The notes: generated by a model from the sequence alone, not told the origin. Positions 38,925 to 49,490 are shown, counted from the stretch's first letter. The stretch: DNA of 58,000 bases from Thermoplasmatales archaeon SM1-50 (GCA_001595945.1 LSSI01000052.1:1-58000), one strand, 5' to 3'. A program made the numbers and translations.

Positions 38925-39311
38925 TTAAAATGAAAATGTTATTTGAGCATCATGTATATCTGCCATAAACTTTGTTGCTCCAATAATTTCTATGCCATCT
39001 CTAAATTCTTCTTTTTTCATATCTTTTGCTTCTAAAGCAAGCTCACAAAGAAGAATTTTTCCCCCAAGACTCGTGACTCCTTCTACCAGTTCCGCCATAT
39101 CAGGCATACCTTTTGCTTTTATTTTCTCAAGTTCTCCTTTTCTTAGGGCAGTTGCGGCACCGGGGGTAAAAAATAATACAACTTCATCACCGGAAGCTGC
39201 CGCACTTGAAGCCAACACAAAAGTCGGGTAAAGATTCTTGTTTTCTGCTCCGTTACATACAATAGCTACTTTTTTGCTCGTAATAAAACCTCCGAGGGTA
39301 GCAATATTCAA
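38925..39311 (-). CDS. DsrE/DsrF-family sulfur relay protein (true start probably ACG at 39281)
   Basis: ASSAAASGDEVVLFFT, LCELAL, IIGATKF. Confidence 0.85.
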   Translation of the reverse strand: MNIATLGGFITSKKVAIVCNGAENKNLYPTFVLASSAAASGDEVVLFFTPGAATALRKGELEKIKAKGMPDMAELVEGVTSLGGKILLCELALEAKDMKKEEFRDGIEIIGATKFMADIHDAQITFSF

Positions 39312-39402
39312 ACTATATATAATTGTTATGGTTTTTTGTGTATTCAGACTAGAAATTATTTAATTATCATTTCATTTTGAAACATTTAAATATTCATATT
39401 GC

Positions 39403-39978
39403 ATGATGGATGCTATGAAAAATCTTGATGAAACAGACAAAAAAATTATAACAATGATTAATGAGAATTGGCAACAAGGTACCACAAGAATGGGTAAAAA
39501 ATTAGGCATGTCCCATACAGCAGTACGATCAAGACTAAATCGTCTCCAAAGAGATATACTAAAAGTAAATTGTATCATAGACACCGAAAAACTTGGTCTA
39601 AAAATGTTTTTCATTTGTTTAGAAGCAAGATTTAAAAGTAAGGTCATTAATCATGTAAAAAATTGTCCAAAAATAGTTTGTTATTTCAATACCTACGGTG
39701 AATATAATTTTATAATGCTCGCTGTCGCAGAAAATACAGATACGATGGAATCAATGATCGAACAGTGTTTCTCATTTAATTTTACCAATATCACAAAATA
39801 CAATGTAATGCCAATTGCTACATCTTCATCCACTTGTCATCATGTAAAATTTTTTACAGAAAATGAAAAAAATAACATGAAATGTGATTTCAAAACAACT
39901 TGTACAAACTGTAAATCTTTTAAAGAAAATAGATGCGTTGGATGTCCATTGTATAAAGGATATAAAGGAATACTGTAA
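39403..39978 (+). CDS. Lrp/AsnC-family transcriptional regulator with C-terminal Cys cluster
   Basis: LDETDKKII HTH, GEYNF, C..CTNC......CVGCP; divergent from the hdr operon. Confidence 0.88.
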   Translation: MMDAMKNLDETDKKIITMINENWQQGTTRMGKKLGMSHTAVRSRLNRLQRDILKVNCIIDTEKLGLKMFFICLEARFKSKVINHVKNCPKIVCYFNTYGEYNFIMLAVAENTDTMESMIEQCFSFNFTNITKYNVMPIATSSSTCHHVKFFTENEKNNMKCDFKTTCTNCKSFKENRCVGCPLYKGYKGIL

Positions 39979-40119
39979 GATTAACAAAAATGTAAGGTTA
40001 CTCAGAATAATATTTAAATGACATTTTAAAAAAATATATCAGAAATCCTTATACATAGTAAAATAAGTGCTCCTATAATTTTTCTCTCCAAGATATCCTT
40101 ATGACATATTCCCTAATAA

Positions 40120-40145
40120 ATAGATGCATTGACACGGTTTTCAGG
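40120..40145 (-). repeat. Cassette-boundary repeat copy (core)
   Basis: ATAGATGCATTGACACGGTTTTCAGG, preceded by TATCCTTA. Confidence 0.75.
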
Positions 40146-40314
40146 TTCAATATTGCAACAAAAAAACTTTTGTATTCAATGATACGAAAAAATAGATATT
40201 TTTAGGAAAATTGTACAAATCAATCAGAATTAGCATATTCAATATTTTTTTGTTCAATAAAGAGGAAAAAAATCTTTTATATTGTTGTATGACTCTCTTT
40301 CTTGAGGAAATGCT

Positions 40315-40728
40315 ATGGAAAAGAAAATATTAGGTATCTTGGTATGCATGCTGTTCATCTTGACAACAGTATCAACTGTTGCTGCTAAACAAGAAAGAAC
40401 CCTTTACAAAAATTGTTATCTTGAAGTAGAAGCACAACGGGAGGGGCTTTATAGAATGATAAAATATGTATTTCTTAGACCCAATGGTGATAACAGTGCT
40501 TTTGTCCTATGTTGGCTCATTCAATGGATGGGACCGGAATATGTCACCGTAAAAATTTACGATCAAAAAAACGGGAACGAACTATGGAACAATCAAAACC
40601 AAGAAGGTATCTGGGCCTTCAGACTCTTTTTCTATAATGGTCTGTACACATGGTCCACTGAAAATGGACAAGACATGTTTACCCTTCAGGGTAGCACCAA
40701 AGCTATCATTGTCTTATATGAGGGTTAA
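40315..40728 (+). CDS. Secreted hypothetical protein
   Basis: GAGG RBS; KKILGILVCML signal peptide. Confidence 0.8.
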   Translation: MEKKILGILVCMLFILTTVSTVAAKQERTLYKNCYLEVEAQREGLYRMIKYVFLRPNGDNSAFVLCWLIQWMGPEYVTVKIYDQKNGNELWNNQNQEGIWAFRLFFYNGLYTWSTENGQDMFTLQGSTKAIIVLYEG

Positions 40729-40985
40729 TGCCTCTTATTTTATCCCTTCTTTTTCCCCATCTGTTCCTTCTTTAAAAATAAATCTTTAGAAACATAAGAA
40801 ATAGAAAAAAAATAAGAAACATACTTAGTAGAGGAACTATTGTTAGAATAGAATTTTTATTTATGGGAGCGAGTATCCCATCAAATTTCACTAATAATCT
40901 AGAAAATACAGAACAATTACCTGAAATTATTGGTGATGATTTAAGCATTAAAATTACAGAAATTATAAAAAAAAGCTCTAGTTCT

Positions 40986-41972
40986 TCAATGTTGTTTTAA
41001 TTCTCGTATCGCCATTGGAGTAGACAGAAAAATAATACCGGCATTTTCAATCTCTACGCACTCCTCAAGCCATACATCATTATGTACTACACTGATATTC
41101 CGATAATGAATACCTTGTTTACAGTCATCGGTTTGTACATATAACGGTGGATACTGACTACAGTTCATTACAGCATTTGGATATTCATTTAAATCATAAT
41201 CATAGATTTTTGATCGATGGGTATGTCCAGTCAACACCAGATCAATAGCATATGTTTCACAGAGCGCAACAAACTCCGTTCGGTTCTCGATAAATAGATC
41301 ATCAGGTTCACCCACAGCGGGATGATGCATTAATATGATTTTATGCACAGAACTGCAATTGCAAAGTTTTGTATCTAACCATGCGATGTCTTCATCGGAT
41401 AGTCCTTGGCCATGCCAATCGAATAAAATCGATAGGTCTGCATAATAGTTAGGGCCGGAATCCATGAAAAAGAGGCTGACGTCGTCATAGGTGATCACAT
41501 AACGATCTTTATCATCAATGTGATTTGGATCGATATAGGTATGGTAATTCCGGATGTCTCGATGAAAGCAATAATCGTGGTTCCCTGGTGTGGTATACAC
41601 AGGGATAGTATACGCTGCATCAGCAAATAATTGTCCTTCCTGTTCATAGAGACAATCAAGCATCGTCTGGTAATTCAGAGCCCCAAGCCATCCATTGCCA
41701 CCCCATTCCACGAGATCGCCAGTGATGACAATAAAGGCGGGTTTGGTATCAAATGAGACAACTGTGTTAATCACTGTTGAAAACCTTGTTTTCGACAGCT
41801 CATGTCGATCAAAAATTCTATTCAAAATATGTGTATCCGTTAAATGAACAAAATAAAAATCAGTAGATGCCGTCTCAGACTCATTGATAAGGTAACTATT
41901 TGCAGAAATACTGCTGAAGAAAACACTGCAACATAAACTGAGTAGCACTATCTGGATTTGCCATTGTTTCAT
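40986..41972 (-). CDS. Secreted calcineurin-like metallophosphoesterase
   Basis: DTH, GDLV, GNHD, HHP, GHTH motifs. Confidence 0.92.
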   Translation of the reverse strand: MKQWQIQIVLLSLCCSVFFSSISANSYLINESETASTDFYFVHLTDTHILNRIFDRHELSKTRFSTVINTVVSFDTKPAFIVITGDLVEWGGNGWLGALNYQTMLDCLYEQEGQLFADAAYTIPVYTTPGNHDYCFHRDIRNYHTYIDPNHIDDKDRYVITYDDVSLFFMDSGPNYYADLSILFDWHGQGLSDEDIAWLDTKLCNCSSVHKIILMHHPAVGEPDDLFIENRTEFVALCETYAIDLVLTGHTHRSKIYDYDLNEYPNAVMNCSQYPPLYVQTDDCKQGIHYRNISVVHNDVWLEECVEIENAGIIFLSTPMAIRELKQH

Positions 41973-42334
41973 AAATGTCTTTAACTATGGATTCATAGTA
42001 TTTATAGGTTGTTCCCCTGGTACACTAGAATTCTAATTATATAACTATCTAGAGAGCTTTCTCTTATATAATACTGAATACTTGTTGAAATACAATACTC
42101 ATCTCAATGCTATGAATTCTATATCATCTTCTTTCAGATATCTAAGAAACCCTGTTTTTCTCCAATAAACCGCGGGATACAGAACAAGCGACGCAGACGA
42201 TACGAACCTGACAAAATTCTATGAAAAAGTGTATCTCTAACTAGGAGTAAAGCAGGAGCATTAGCATTGCTTTTCCTAATGATTTTTGTACGAATAACCA
42301 AAAGGAAAAAAATAAAAAAAAAAGAAGATGAAAT

Positions 42335-42708
42335 CTATTCAACTCCAAAGACGAAACCAAGCAATACCTTTGCCGATGCCGTCTCTACCGTTGTATCAAT
42401 CGATATTTCGATATTTGTGTTCCCAAATCCTAAGATAGGGCTCCAACTTTTTCTTTTCCCCAGAAAATCATCGATCCATCAAGAATGATGCTTACATCCG
42501 CACGCTCGATATCGGTCGTTCCAATATTTTTTATGATTGCATTTACACCAAATCCACCTTTAATGGTAATAACAAGTTGTGATGCAGATGAACTAATATC
42601 TTTACTAAACGTCTGTTCATCAGTTGTTCGAAACGCTGAGCTTCCTACCGGAATCATAGTGGCAAACAACAATCCAATTATAAACATTCCAACCACTTTC
42701 CTAAACAT
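42335..42708 (-). pseudogene. Frameshifted or internally deleted member of the small Ig-like family
   Basis: ORF breaks after ...WGKEKVG; the family C-terminus PILGFGNTNIEISIDTTVETASAKVLLGFVFGVE* is in another frame. Confidence 0.75.
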
Positions 42709-42920
42709 ATTATAACCTCAAAATATGTAACAATAGATTGATTCATAAAATTTCTTTTAGAAATTTTGTACATAAGTATAAAAAATAAAATGATTACGAG
42801 ATATTTGTTCAATTTTTAAGCATATCTTCTTTTTTTCCTTTTTTAAAGGCTCATATATAAAGAATTAATCAAATTTATTCTTCTTTTTATTTCATTTAAA
42901 TGTCTTGAAACAATAAAAAT

Positions 42921-42953
42921 AAGTGGGAAAGCATCGACATGATTTACAGAGAG
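42921..42953 (-). repeat. Cassette-boundary repeat copy
   Basis: AAGTGGGAAAGCATCGACATGATTTACAGAGAG. Confidence 0.85.
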
Positions 42954-43099
42954 TTTTTTTGGTATGAATATCAAAATAAAAAAAAAGAAAAAGACGGGGG
43001 TTTCTTAGAAACCCACTTGCTTTGTTTTAGTTAAGGAAATACATTATGAAATCATTTATAGAAAGAGGTAAGCTTCATAAAGCTGATTGATTTGTTGTT

Positions 43100-43723
43100 T
43101 TAGATTGGATGGATAGTAATATTTGTGTTTATTACTTCGTCAGGAAAGTATGCTTCACAAAGATCATGAATGTATGGAATGGGTGTCGCACCTGGCCAAG
43201 CAAAAACAATTAATTTACACTCGAGTGTATTATTATTTGTAAATAACTGTTTACTACTATTAATTGAGATATTATAGTTGACAAGAAAGGTTGTATTACA
43301 TAATGTAGTAGTTTTCGAATAACAGTAATCTTCACCTGCATAGTTAACGTATAGAGTTATACCTGACCATCGATAGGTTCTAGGAAAAATCCATTTAGCC
43401 CAATAGATTGGTATTGGATTTATAAGATGCTGGACATTCAGTGAAAAATTCAACTCTACATATCCATTTTCATCCTCGGGAAAATAATAGTCATACGTCG
43501 GATTACCTACTGGTGGTTCATAATCTGTTATTAATCCCTGATCTCCAATAATGGTTCGTAATAAAGGTTGATGTTTTAGTATCGCGGTCCCTAAAGAGTT
43601 CTCATCAGAGATGTTCAGAGATGAGGGATTTTTATCATTGTTTACTTTAGCACTACCAAGTATCGCAGTCGATATCATTACTAGAATTATGCTGCCTACA
43701 ATTATTTTTTTTACAACTTTCAT
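43100..43723 (-). CDS. Secreted hypothetical protein
   Basis: GGAGG RBS; signal peptide. Confidence 0.75.
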   Translation of the reverse strand: MKVVKKIIVGSIILVMISTAILGSAKVNNDKNPSSLNISDENSLGTAILKHQPLLRTIIGDQGLITDYEPPVGNPTYDYYFPEDENGYVELNFSLNVQHLINPIPIYWAKWIFPRTYRWSGITLYVNYAGEDYCYSKTTTLCNTTFLVNYNISINSSKQLFTNNNTLECKLIVFAWPGATPIPYIHDLCEAYFPDEVINTNITIHPI

Positions 43724-43831
43724 AAATTATTTCCTCCTTTTTATTGTTCCCCCTGTACAAAAGGTACTATAGTATTATACTGTTCTTACATTTAAATGTT
43801 TGGAAGCGATACAAAAATAACAAAAAATAGA

Positions 43832-43864
43832 GAAGGGGGTGAAAAAGCAGTGATACGGTTTTTT
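43832..43864 (-). repeat. Cassette-boundary repeat copy
   Basis: GAAGGGGGTGAAAAAGCAGTGATACGGTTTTTT; about 3 nt from the stop at 43867. Confidence 0.9.
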
Positions 43865-43866
43865 GA

Positions 43867-44208
43867 TTATTGTTTTGTCCATACTTCAGTAAAATTATTT
43901 TCAATAAAGGTAAGTGTAAGAGTTTTGTCATTGTTGGAAAATGTATAATTATATGTAGTTATTAAAGAAATGCTTATTAAATTGATAACTAATTTTCCAT
44001 CTGTTAACTCCCATGTTCCGTTATAACCATATATACATTTTCCATCTTTAAAAAACTCTAGAATAGAAGGAGAACCAGTTGTACTATGCCATGTTCCTAT
44101 AAATCTATCCTCTTCAGTATTTATTGTATTATTGTGCTCATTACATCCACTCAATCCAACATAAATAAGTATAGAAATAATTCCAATGATCAAGAGTTGT
44201 TTTTTCAT
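43867..44208 (-). CDS. Lipoprotein, lipocalin-like (xGTW) fold
   Basis: LSGC lipobox; FIGTW; GTWEL; YTFSNNDKTLTL. Confidence 0.8.
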   Translation of the reverse strand: MKKQLLIIGIISILIYVGLSGCNEHNNTINTEEDRFIGTWHSTTGSPSILEFFKDGKCIYGYNGTWELTDGKLVINLISISLITTYNYTFSNNDKTLTLTFIENNFTEVWTKQ

Positions 44209-44258
44209 TATGTCTTATCTTCTCCTAATGTTTTATAACGTTTCATTCTTTAAAAATA

Positions 44259-44303
44259 TATCCTCAGAAAACAGGTGGGCAGGAAAGCGTTGATACGTTT
44301 TTT
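44259..44303 (-). repeat. Cassette-boundary repeat copy
   Basis: TATCCTCAGAAAACAGGTGGGCAGGAAAGCGTTGATACGTTTTTT. Confidence 0.9.
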
Positions 44304-44585
44304 GTTGTTTTCGTACGAAAGAATGACAAAGTATTGTCGGTCTAGAGAGAAGAGTGGCAGATTATTTGGAAGTATAAATTAAGGGGGAAATATGAAGAAA
44401 AAATATTTTCTGCCAGACTCCCTTTCCTGTTCAAGTTTTTAATTCCTCCTCTCTATGACCTAATTGTTCAAGAAATGATGACCTGAACCATTATTATTTA
44501 CTTTCTTTTTTTCCTCCACTGATAATACAGGTTACAAATAGGAACGAAGTTATCATATTTAAAAATTTTGGAAAAAATAAAAATT

Positions 44586-44628
44586 TAAGAAAAACAAAGG
44601 TGTGGGAAAGTATTAACACAGTTTTAAA
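44586..44628 (-). repeat. Cassette-boundary repeat copy
   Basis: TAAGAAAAACAAAGGTGTGGGAAAGTATTAACACAGTTTTAAA. Confidence 0.85.
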
Positions 44629-44729
44629 ACACAATGATAATGGTTTTTATTATGTAAATCATTACTAAAAAAGGTAAGAAATATAAAATAGTTAGATTTG
44701 ATATAATTTACTGAAAGAGTATAAAAAGA

Positions 44730-45932
44730 TTATTTAGCGTTATTGCCCTTTTTTAGTTTTTTTAGTTTAATGAAATATAATATGAGTAATGGAGGGCCTA
44801 AACTCCAAGCTGAATAAAGAAACACGCGGCTAAAGCCAAGTAACACTACTAAAGAGCCACTAATAGCACCTAAACCAAATTCACTGAAATTACCGATACT
44901 GGCAAAAATTGAATACTGCGTCGTTCCTATTTTCCGATTGGAAACATTCATAAGTAACGCTCCACCCGCTGCGTAGAGACCACCGCCTTGTAAAAATCCG
45001 ATGATTCCATATAATATCCCAACTGCTTCCCAAGTATGTGCAAAAATAAGTGCAGCAGAAAACACAAGACTTACACTCATAAAAACGAATAATATCTTTT
45101 TAACACCCCATTTATCAGCAAGGACTCCTCCAAATAATGAACCAAAAACTAAAGTTATTGGATATATTGACATAACAAGCCCAATTTGACCAACATTAAG
45201 ATGTAAAATTGTTTTCAAATACAACGGAATCGCAAATATCAACAAACCAAAATTTATTCCATGGACCGAACAGTACAAAGCAACAAGCTGTGTCGTTGCT
45301 TTCTTAAATTCTGCTTTTAGAATTGACGAAATTTTCTGTGCTCGTTTCAACATTTTCTCTTCGTGTATGAGAAGTGAAACAACAATAATGACAAGAATGA
45401 TTATAGCACCGGTAAAGAAACAAAGATTATATCCATAGATTTCTGCTATAGAAGACAGTACTAAGGTCGAAAATGTCATTCCTGCAAAAAGTCCTGCGGT
45501 CATCGCTCCATTTATTTTTCCTCGTTCATTTTCCTTTGATATATAAATCGCCCATCCATCACAAGAGACATCAACAAAGACGATACCAAGATGACTCAGA
45601 AATAAAAAGAGCGAAAATAATAGTAATGAGGTGGATGGATGAAGGACCATAATTAAGAAAAGACCAATTGCTCCTAATAACCCACCAATAATAATAAAAA
45701 TTTTTTTTCCTAAAGAATAAAAATAATCAACGATTGGGGCGAAAACAAACTTTAGGTACCATGGTGCTGCCGTTACTCCTGCAACAAGTGTAGCGATTGG
45801 CATAGAAATTCCTTGATCAAGGAGATAAATAGGGACAATTACTGTCGTAAGCGTTAGCTGTAGTCCTTCGGAGAAATATAAGCTCCCAAATAAAAGACTT
45901 TTATGCCAACATTTTTTACTAATATCGATCAT
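44730..45932 (-). CDS. MFS transporter, AmpG-like
   Basis: LYFSEGL, PWYLKF..APIVD, DVSCDGWA, GGVLADKWG, TQYSIF; about 12 TM. Confidence 0.88.
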   Translation of the reverse strand: MIDISKKCWHKSLLFGSLYFSEGLQLTLTTVIVPIYLLDQGISMPIATLVAGVTAAPWYLKFVFAPIVDYFYSLGKKIFIIIGGLLGAIGLFLIMVLHPSTSLLLFSLFLFLSHLGIVFVDVSCDGWAIYISKENERGKINGAMTAGLFAGMTFSTLVLSSIAEIYGYNLCFFTGAIIILVIIVVSLLIHEEKMLKRAQKISSILKAEFKKATTQLVALYCSVHGINFGLLIFAIPLYLKTILHLNVGQIGLVMSIYPITLVFGSLFGGVLADKWGVKKILFVFMSVSLVFSAALIFAHTWEAVGILYGIIGFLQGGGLYAAGGALLMNVSNRKIGTTQYSIFASIGNFSEFGLGAISGSLVVLLGFSRVFLYSAWSLGPPLLILYFIKLKKLKKGNNAK

Positions 45933-46078
45933 AATAAGTTATCACTCTGTAAAGATTTTTATCAATGAATTCGGTTTTTATAAGTCTCTACACTCCCTGA
46001 ATTTCAACAGAATATATTATTTATAATCACATAAAAGAATATAAATGTTTGGAAAAAATAAAAATAAACAAAATAATC

Positions 46079-46113
46079 GGGGTGGTGGTCTGAAAGCATT
46101 GACATAGATTTTT
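46079..46113 (-). repeat. Cassette-boundary repeat copy
   Basis: GGGGTGGTGGTCTGAAAGCATTGACATAGATTTTT. Confidence 0.8.
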
Positions 46114-46169
46114 TTATGCGGTACCGTCTTAGTCTTCACCTTGGATGAAAATGCTTTTTACCGTAATTA

Positions 46170-47948
46170 TTAAATCAAGAACGAACGGTATTGAAAGAGT
46201 TCATGATACATTGGGATTCGGTTGAGAATATTTTGTAATTTTTCAGGAAGCTGTAGAGGGGAATATTCATCTTCAGGTGTGTGTTGCCGGGTAGTGGGTA
46301 TCCATTGCGTGTTATGGATTGTTGCGTTTACCGGTATTTCCGGAAGGATAAGACACGAGGAATGAATATTATCGACATAAACGGTGTTATTAGCAACGAA
46401 GGATGATGTGTTTTTATACATCCCATCAGCAGTATTTGGGTTACTCAGATAGCGTGGGTAGTTCGAGGAGGAAACAGCAACTCGTATTTGATGACCTGTG
46501 TTCCATACATAGGACGTACTCCAAAGATCGATCTCTACTTGGTAGATCATTCCAGGGTTCATCAGTTCCCAATGATCTGTCCCATTGCGATTCCTCATAC
46601 GCAGGATTCCATCAATAATGAGCATGGATCGGCCATCCGGGTACACATCAGTGAGTTTTACGGTAAAATCAGTGTCAGAGCGATTGGATGATACATACAA
46701 CCGTGCTTTTATAGCCCCCGTCGCCTCGTACGGATGTGTAAGCACCGGGCTGGTGAACACCAAAACATCAGATCGATTCTCAACCGAGCGTTCATCACAT
46801 GGACCTGGAGAAAGAAGAAGGTTTCCTCCACCAAGAGTGGGAACTGGGTTTGAGGGATCATACGTATAGGTAAATTGATGCGTATCTGAGGGAATGGTGG
46901 TATGTAGACTTCCATCCGTTTGGAAGTACCAAGCGCGTTGTGTATATGGTATCGGCCAGTCATCAGCAGTTCGCCATTCATTGCCTGGAGCATTAGCATC
47001 ATCCACATCACCCATCACATAGTAGGTCACCGCCGGCCAGTTGTCATATTCAGTTGAACCTCCCATAGTATATTCATCGACCATCTGCCAGAATAGAGGC
47101 TGGGAAAAATTATCAATGGAATTTGCAGGATACGTAAGTTCACCTTGCTTCCGAGTCCCTGCACCTCCATGTGTCCATGGTCCAAGTATTAATTTGGATT
47201 TGCCAACAGCCCCTGGTCCTCCCTGATGCTGATAGCCAAAGAATCCATCAATAGTTCCTTGAGTGAAGATGTCGTACCATCCACCGATATGGATAGCTGG
47301 GACGTTCACATCCTGCCAGTTATCGTCTAATGAGACATTTGTCCAATAGTCCAGGGTGTAATTCTCATGAGCCCAGAGCTCAGGGAGGATATCTTCACTC
47401 CCTTGGTTTTTAAGCCAGCCTTCTACCATACTTTTCCTGAATTCTCCCCCTGGGTACATCGCATGCTTATACAGGTTTGGAGTTGCAACCTGGATGTATT
47501 GACAGGCAAGATATGGAGGGTTAGCACCAGCCGTCAAATATTGGGTGATGCCTAACGCAGAAGCACCAAAGGTTGCAATTTTACCGTTTGACCATGTCTG
47601 ATTCGCGACCCACGCAAGCGTATCAGGTCCATCGGTGTGCTCATTTCTAAAAACCGTATCACTCCCCTCCGATGCATACCGTCCTCGCATATCCTGGGTT
47701 ACGGTAGGCCAGCCATTCTGCGCCCAATTCCTTGCAATGAGGAGGAGAAAATTTTTGTTATACGGTGTCCGGATAAGGATTGCACCATGAGGCGATGTAG
47801 ACGACCTGGGTGTATAAACATCTGTTGCCAACCCAACCCCATCGCGCATTGGCACCATATAATTGTCTTTCACAACACACCCAGCAAATAAAAGGGTAAG
47901 CAGAATAATACTAATAAATACTCCACCAATAATTTTTTTGTTTTTCAT
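46170..47948 (-). CDS. CocE/NonD-family hydrolase (peptidase S15), lipoprotein
   Basis: VPMRDGVGLATD, RTPY, QDMRGRYASEG, GASALG, GGWYD, GPWTH; FAGC lipobox. Confidence 0.93.
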   Translation of the reverse strand: MKNKKIIGGVFISIILLTLLFAGCVVKDNYMVPMRDGVGLATDVYTPRSSTSPHGAILIRTPYNKNFLLLIARNWAQNGWPTVTQDMRGRYASEGSDTVFRNEHTDGPDTLAWVANQTWSNGKIATFGASALGITQYLTAGANPPYLACQYIQVATPNLYKHAMYPGGEFRKSMVEGWLKNQGSEDILPELWAHENYTLDYWTNVSLDDNWQDVNVPAIHIGGWYDIFTQGTIDGFFGYQHQGGPGAVGKSKLILGPWTHGGAGTRKQGELTYPANSIDNFSQPLFWQMVDEYTMGGSTEYDNWPAVTYYVMGDVDDANAPGNEWRTADDWPIPYTQRAWYFQTDGSLHTTIPSDTHQFTYTYDPSNPVPTLGGGNLLLSPGPCDERSVENRSDVLVFTSPVLTHPYEATGAIKARLYVSSNRSDTDFTVKLTDVYPDGRSMLIIDGILRMRNRNGTDHWELMNPGMIYQVEIDLWSTSYVWNTGHQIRVAVSSSNYPRYLSNPNTADGMYKNTSSFVANNTVYVDNIHSSCLILPEIPVNATIHNTQWIPTTRQHTPEDEYSPLQLPEKLQNILNRIPMYHELFQYRSFLI

Positions 47949-48086
47949 ATAGGTCTCCCTCTTTTTATATTACAATACAGAGATACTATTTATTTTTATC
48001 TATATGGATAATATGCATCGTGTCTTTTAAACTGTACCGTTTCTTACTTTTTTATTTGTTTTCGTATAAAAAACAGTAACATTTTG

Positions 48087-48127
48087 TCTTAGAAACCGTG
48101 CCACTGCTTTCCCACCCGCTTCTCTGT
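48087..48127 (+). repeat. Cassette-boundary repeat copy, opposite orientation
   Basis: TCTTAGAAACCGTGCCACTGCTTTCCCACCCGCTTCTCTG, the reverse complement of the consensus. Confidence 0.9.
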
Positions 48128-48328
48128 TTTTTCTTATTTTTTATCGGTTCTAAATATATAAACGAAATTCATATGATACCTGCCTATAACCTATTCTAAT
48201 AAAAAAGAGGACAAGCAAAGTCAAAAATGCATTATTATCATTCTTTTTAAGGAATCAATATGATATGATACCAAGTAGAAATCCATTTCATGATATCTAT
48301 CAATTTTTTTTTAGTAACTATGTAGCTT

Positions 48329-48871
48329 TTATGAAATTTGAGTTCGAGTTATTAATATTAAAAAAATGTAGCTAAACGCATTTACGATAAAAGAAAAAAT
48401 AAGGGAGCTTTCGATGGGTTTATTGATCTTTTTTTGTAGAAATAGAAAGATAACTGGTGTTTCAAATAAACAAGAGACCATGTACATCATGACTAGTGAG
48501 ACATACGAGTATTGAAATGGTTGGTTAAGGAATGGATAAAGAAATCCAATCACTGTGGTAAGACCATTCGCGCAAAGAAATATAAAAAAAGATTTCTTGT
48601 ATTTGATTGGATAATTCCAAATATTCAATCTTACTAAAAAATATACAATGGTCGCTTCTATAAAAATCACAGGAATCAGATAGATTAGATGAAAAAGGGA
48701 AAAAAAATTAAACAAACTAGGTATAATTACATCAGCTTTGACGGTAGGGATACACAAGAGGATAACAAAGAAAATAATAATAAACATATGAGTAAAATTA
48801 CACCCCTTGCCTGTACTTGTTGTGATGTTATAAAAAGCCTGTTTAAGTCGCATTGTTTTTAATGTGTTCAT
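48329..48871 (-). CDS. Multi-pass membrane protein
   Basis: Several TM helices; ANxxT and VNxxSY pattern; start may be internal. Confidence 0.7.
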   Translation of the reverse strand: MNTLKTMRLKQAFYNITTSTGKGCNFTHMFIIIFFVILLCIPTVKADVIIPSLFNFFSLFHLIYLIPVIFIEATIVYFLVRLNIWNYPIKYKKSFFIFLCANGLTTVIGFLYPFLNQPFQYSYVSLVMMYMVSCLFETPVIFLFLQKKINKPIESSLIFSFIVNAFSYIFLILITRTQIS

Positions 48872-48980
48872 AATCTACAATGAATAAAGCGAATTATTAA
48901 GAGTGGGAAAATATAGGGAAATTACCCTAGAAAACCCAATAGGTATTAAAGCAGTTTTTAGATAAAGCTCTTTGGCATAT

Positions 48981-49490
48981 ATGTCAAAAATCACTTTAGA
49001 TATTGAGGATTTCAAGACATTGGCCTCAGAGACTCGGTTAGATATTCTTCGTGCTATCGATCAAAAAAATATGAATCTAAAAGATATTAGCCGTGTGACA
49101 AAACTACATGAAACGACCGTCCATGAACATTTAACAAAATTAGTAAATTCAGGTTTTGTGAAAAAGAATGAACGGCAAGGACATAAATGGGTGTACTATA
49201 AACTCTCCTGGAAAGGATCAAGTCTCTTGCATCCAGATAATACAAAAGTAGTTGTTATGTTCACGACAACATTCGTCATTTTCATAGGCGGCATGGTGAG
49301 TATATTAAACATGATGAACCTCTTTAATGTCTCAAAAGCGGAAACTATTGCCCGCCCAAATATGAATGCAATGGGTAGTGGCGAGTTTTTTGTCTTTTTT
49401 CCTATTGCTCTTATTTGTCTTATTTTTTTCTGTGTTTTTATGATTGCATCAATTAGGTTGTTTCGAAAAAATAAATCACCAAAATTATAA
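48981..49490 (+). CDS. ArsR-like winged-helix regulator with two C-terminal TM helices
   Basis: FKTLASETRLDIL, TVHEHLTKL, KWVYYKLSWKG. Confidence 0.85.
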   Translation: MSKITLDIEDFKTLASETRLDILRAIDQKNMNLKDISRVTKLHETTVHEHLTKLVNSGFVKKNERQGHKWVYYKLSWKGSSLLHPDNTKVVVMFTTTFVIFIGGMVSILNMMNLFNVSKAETIARPNMNAMGSGEFFVFFPIALICLIFFCVFMIASIRLFRKNKSPKL

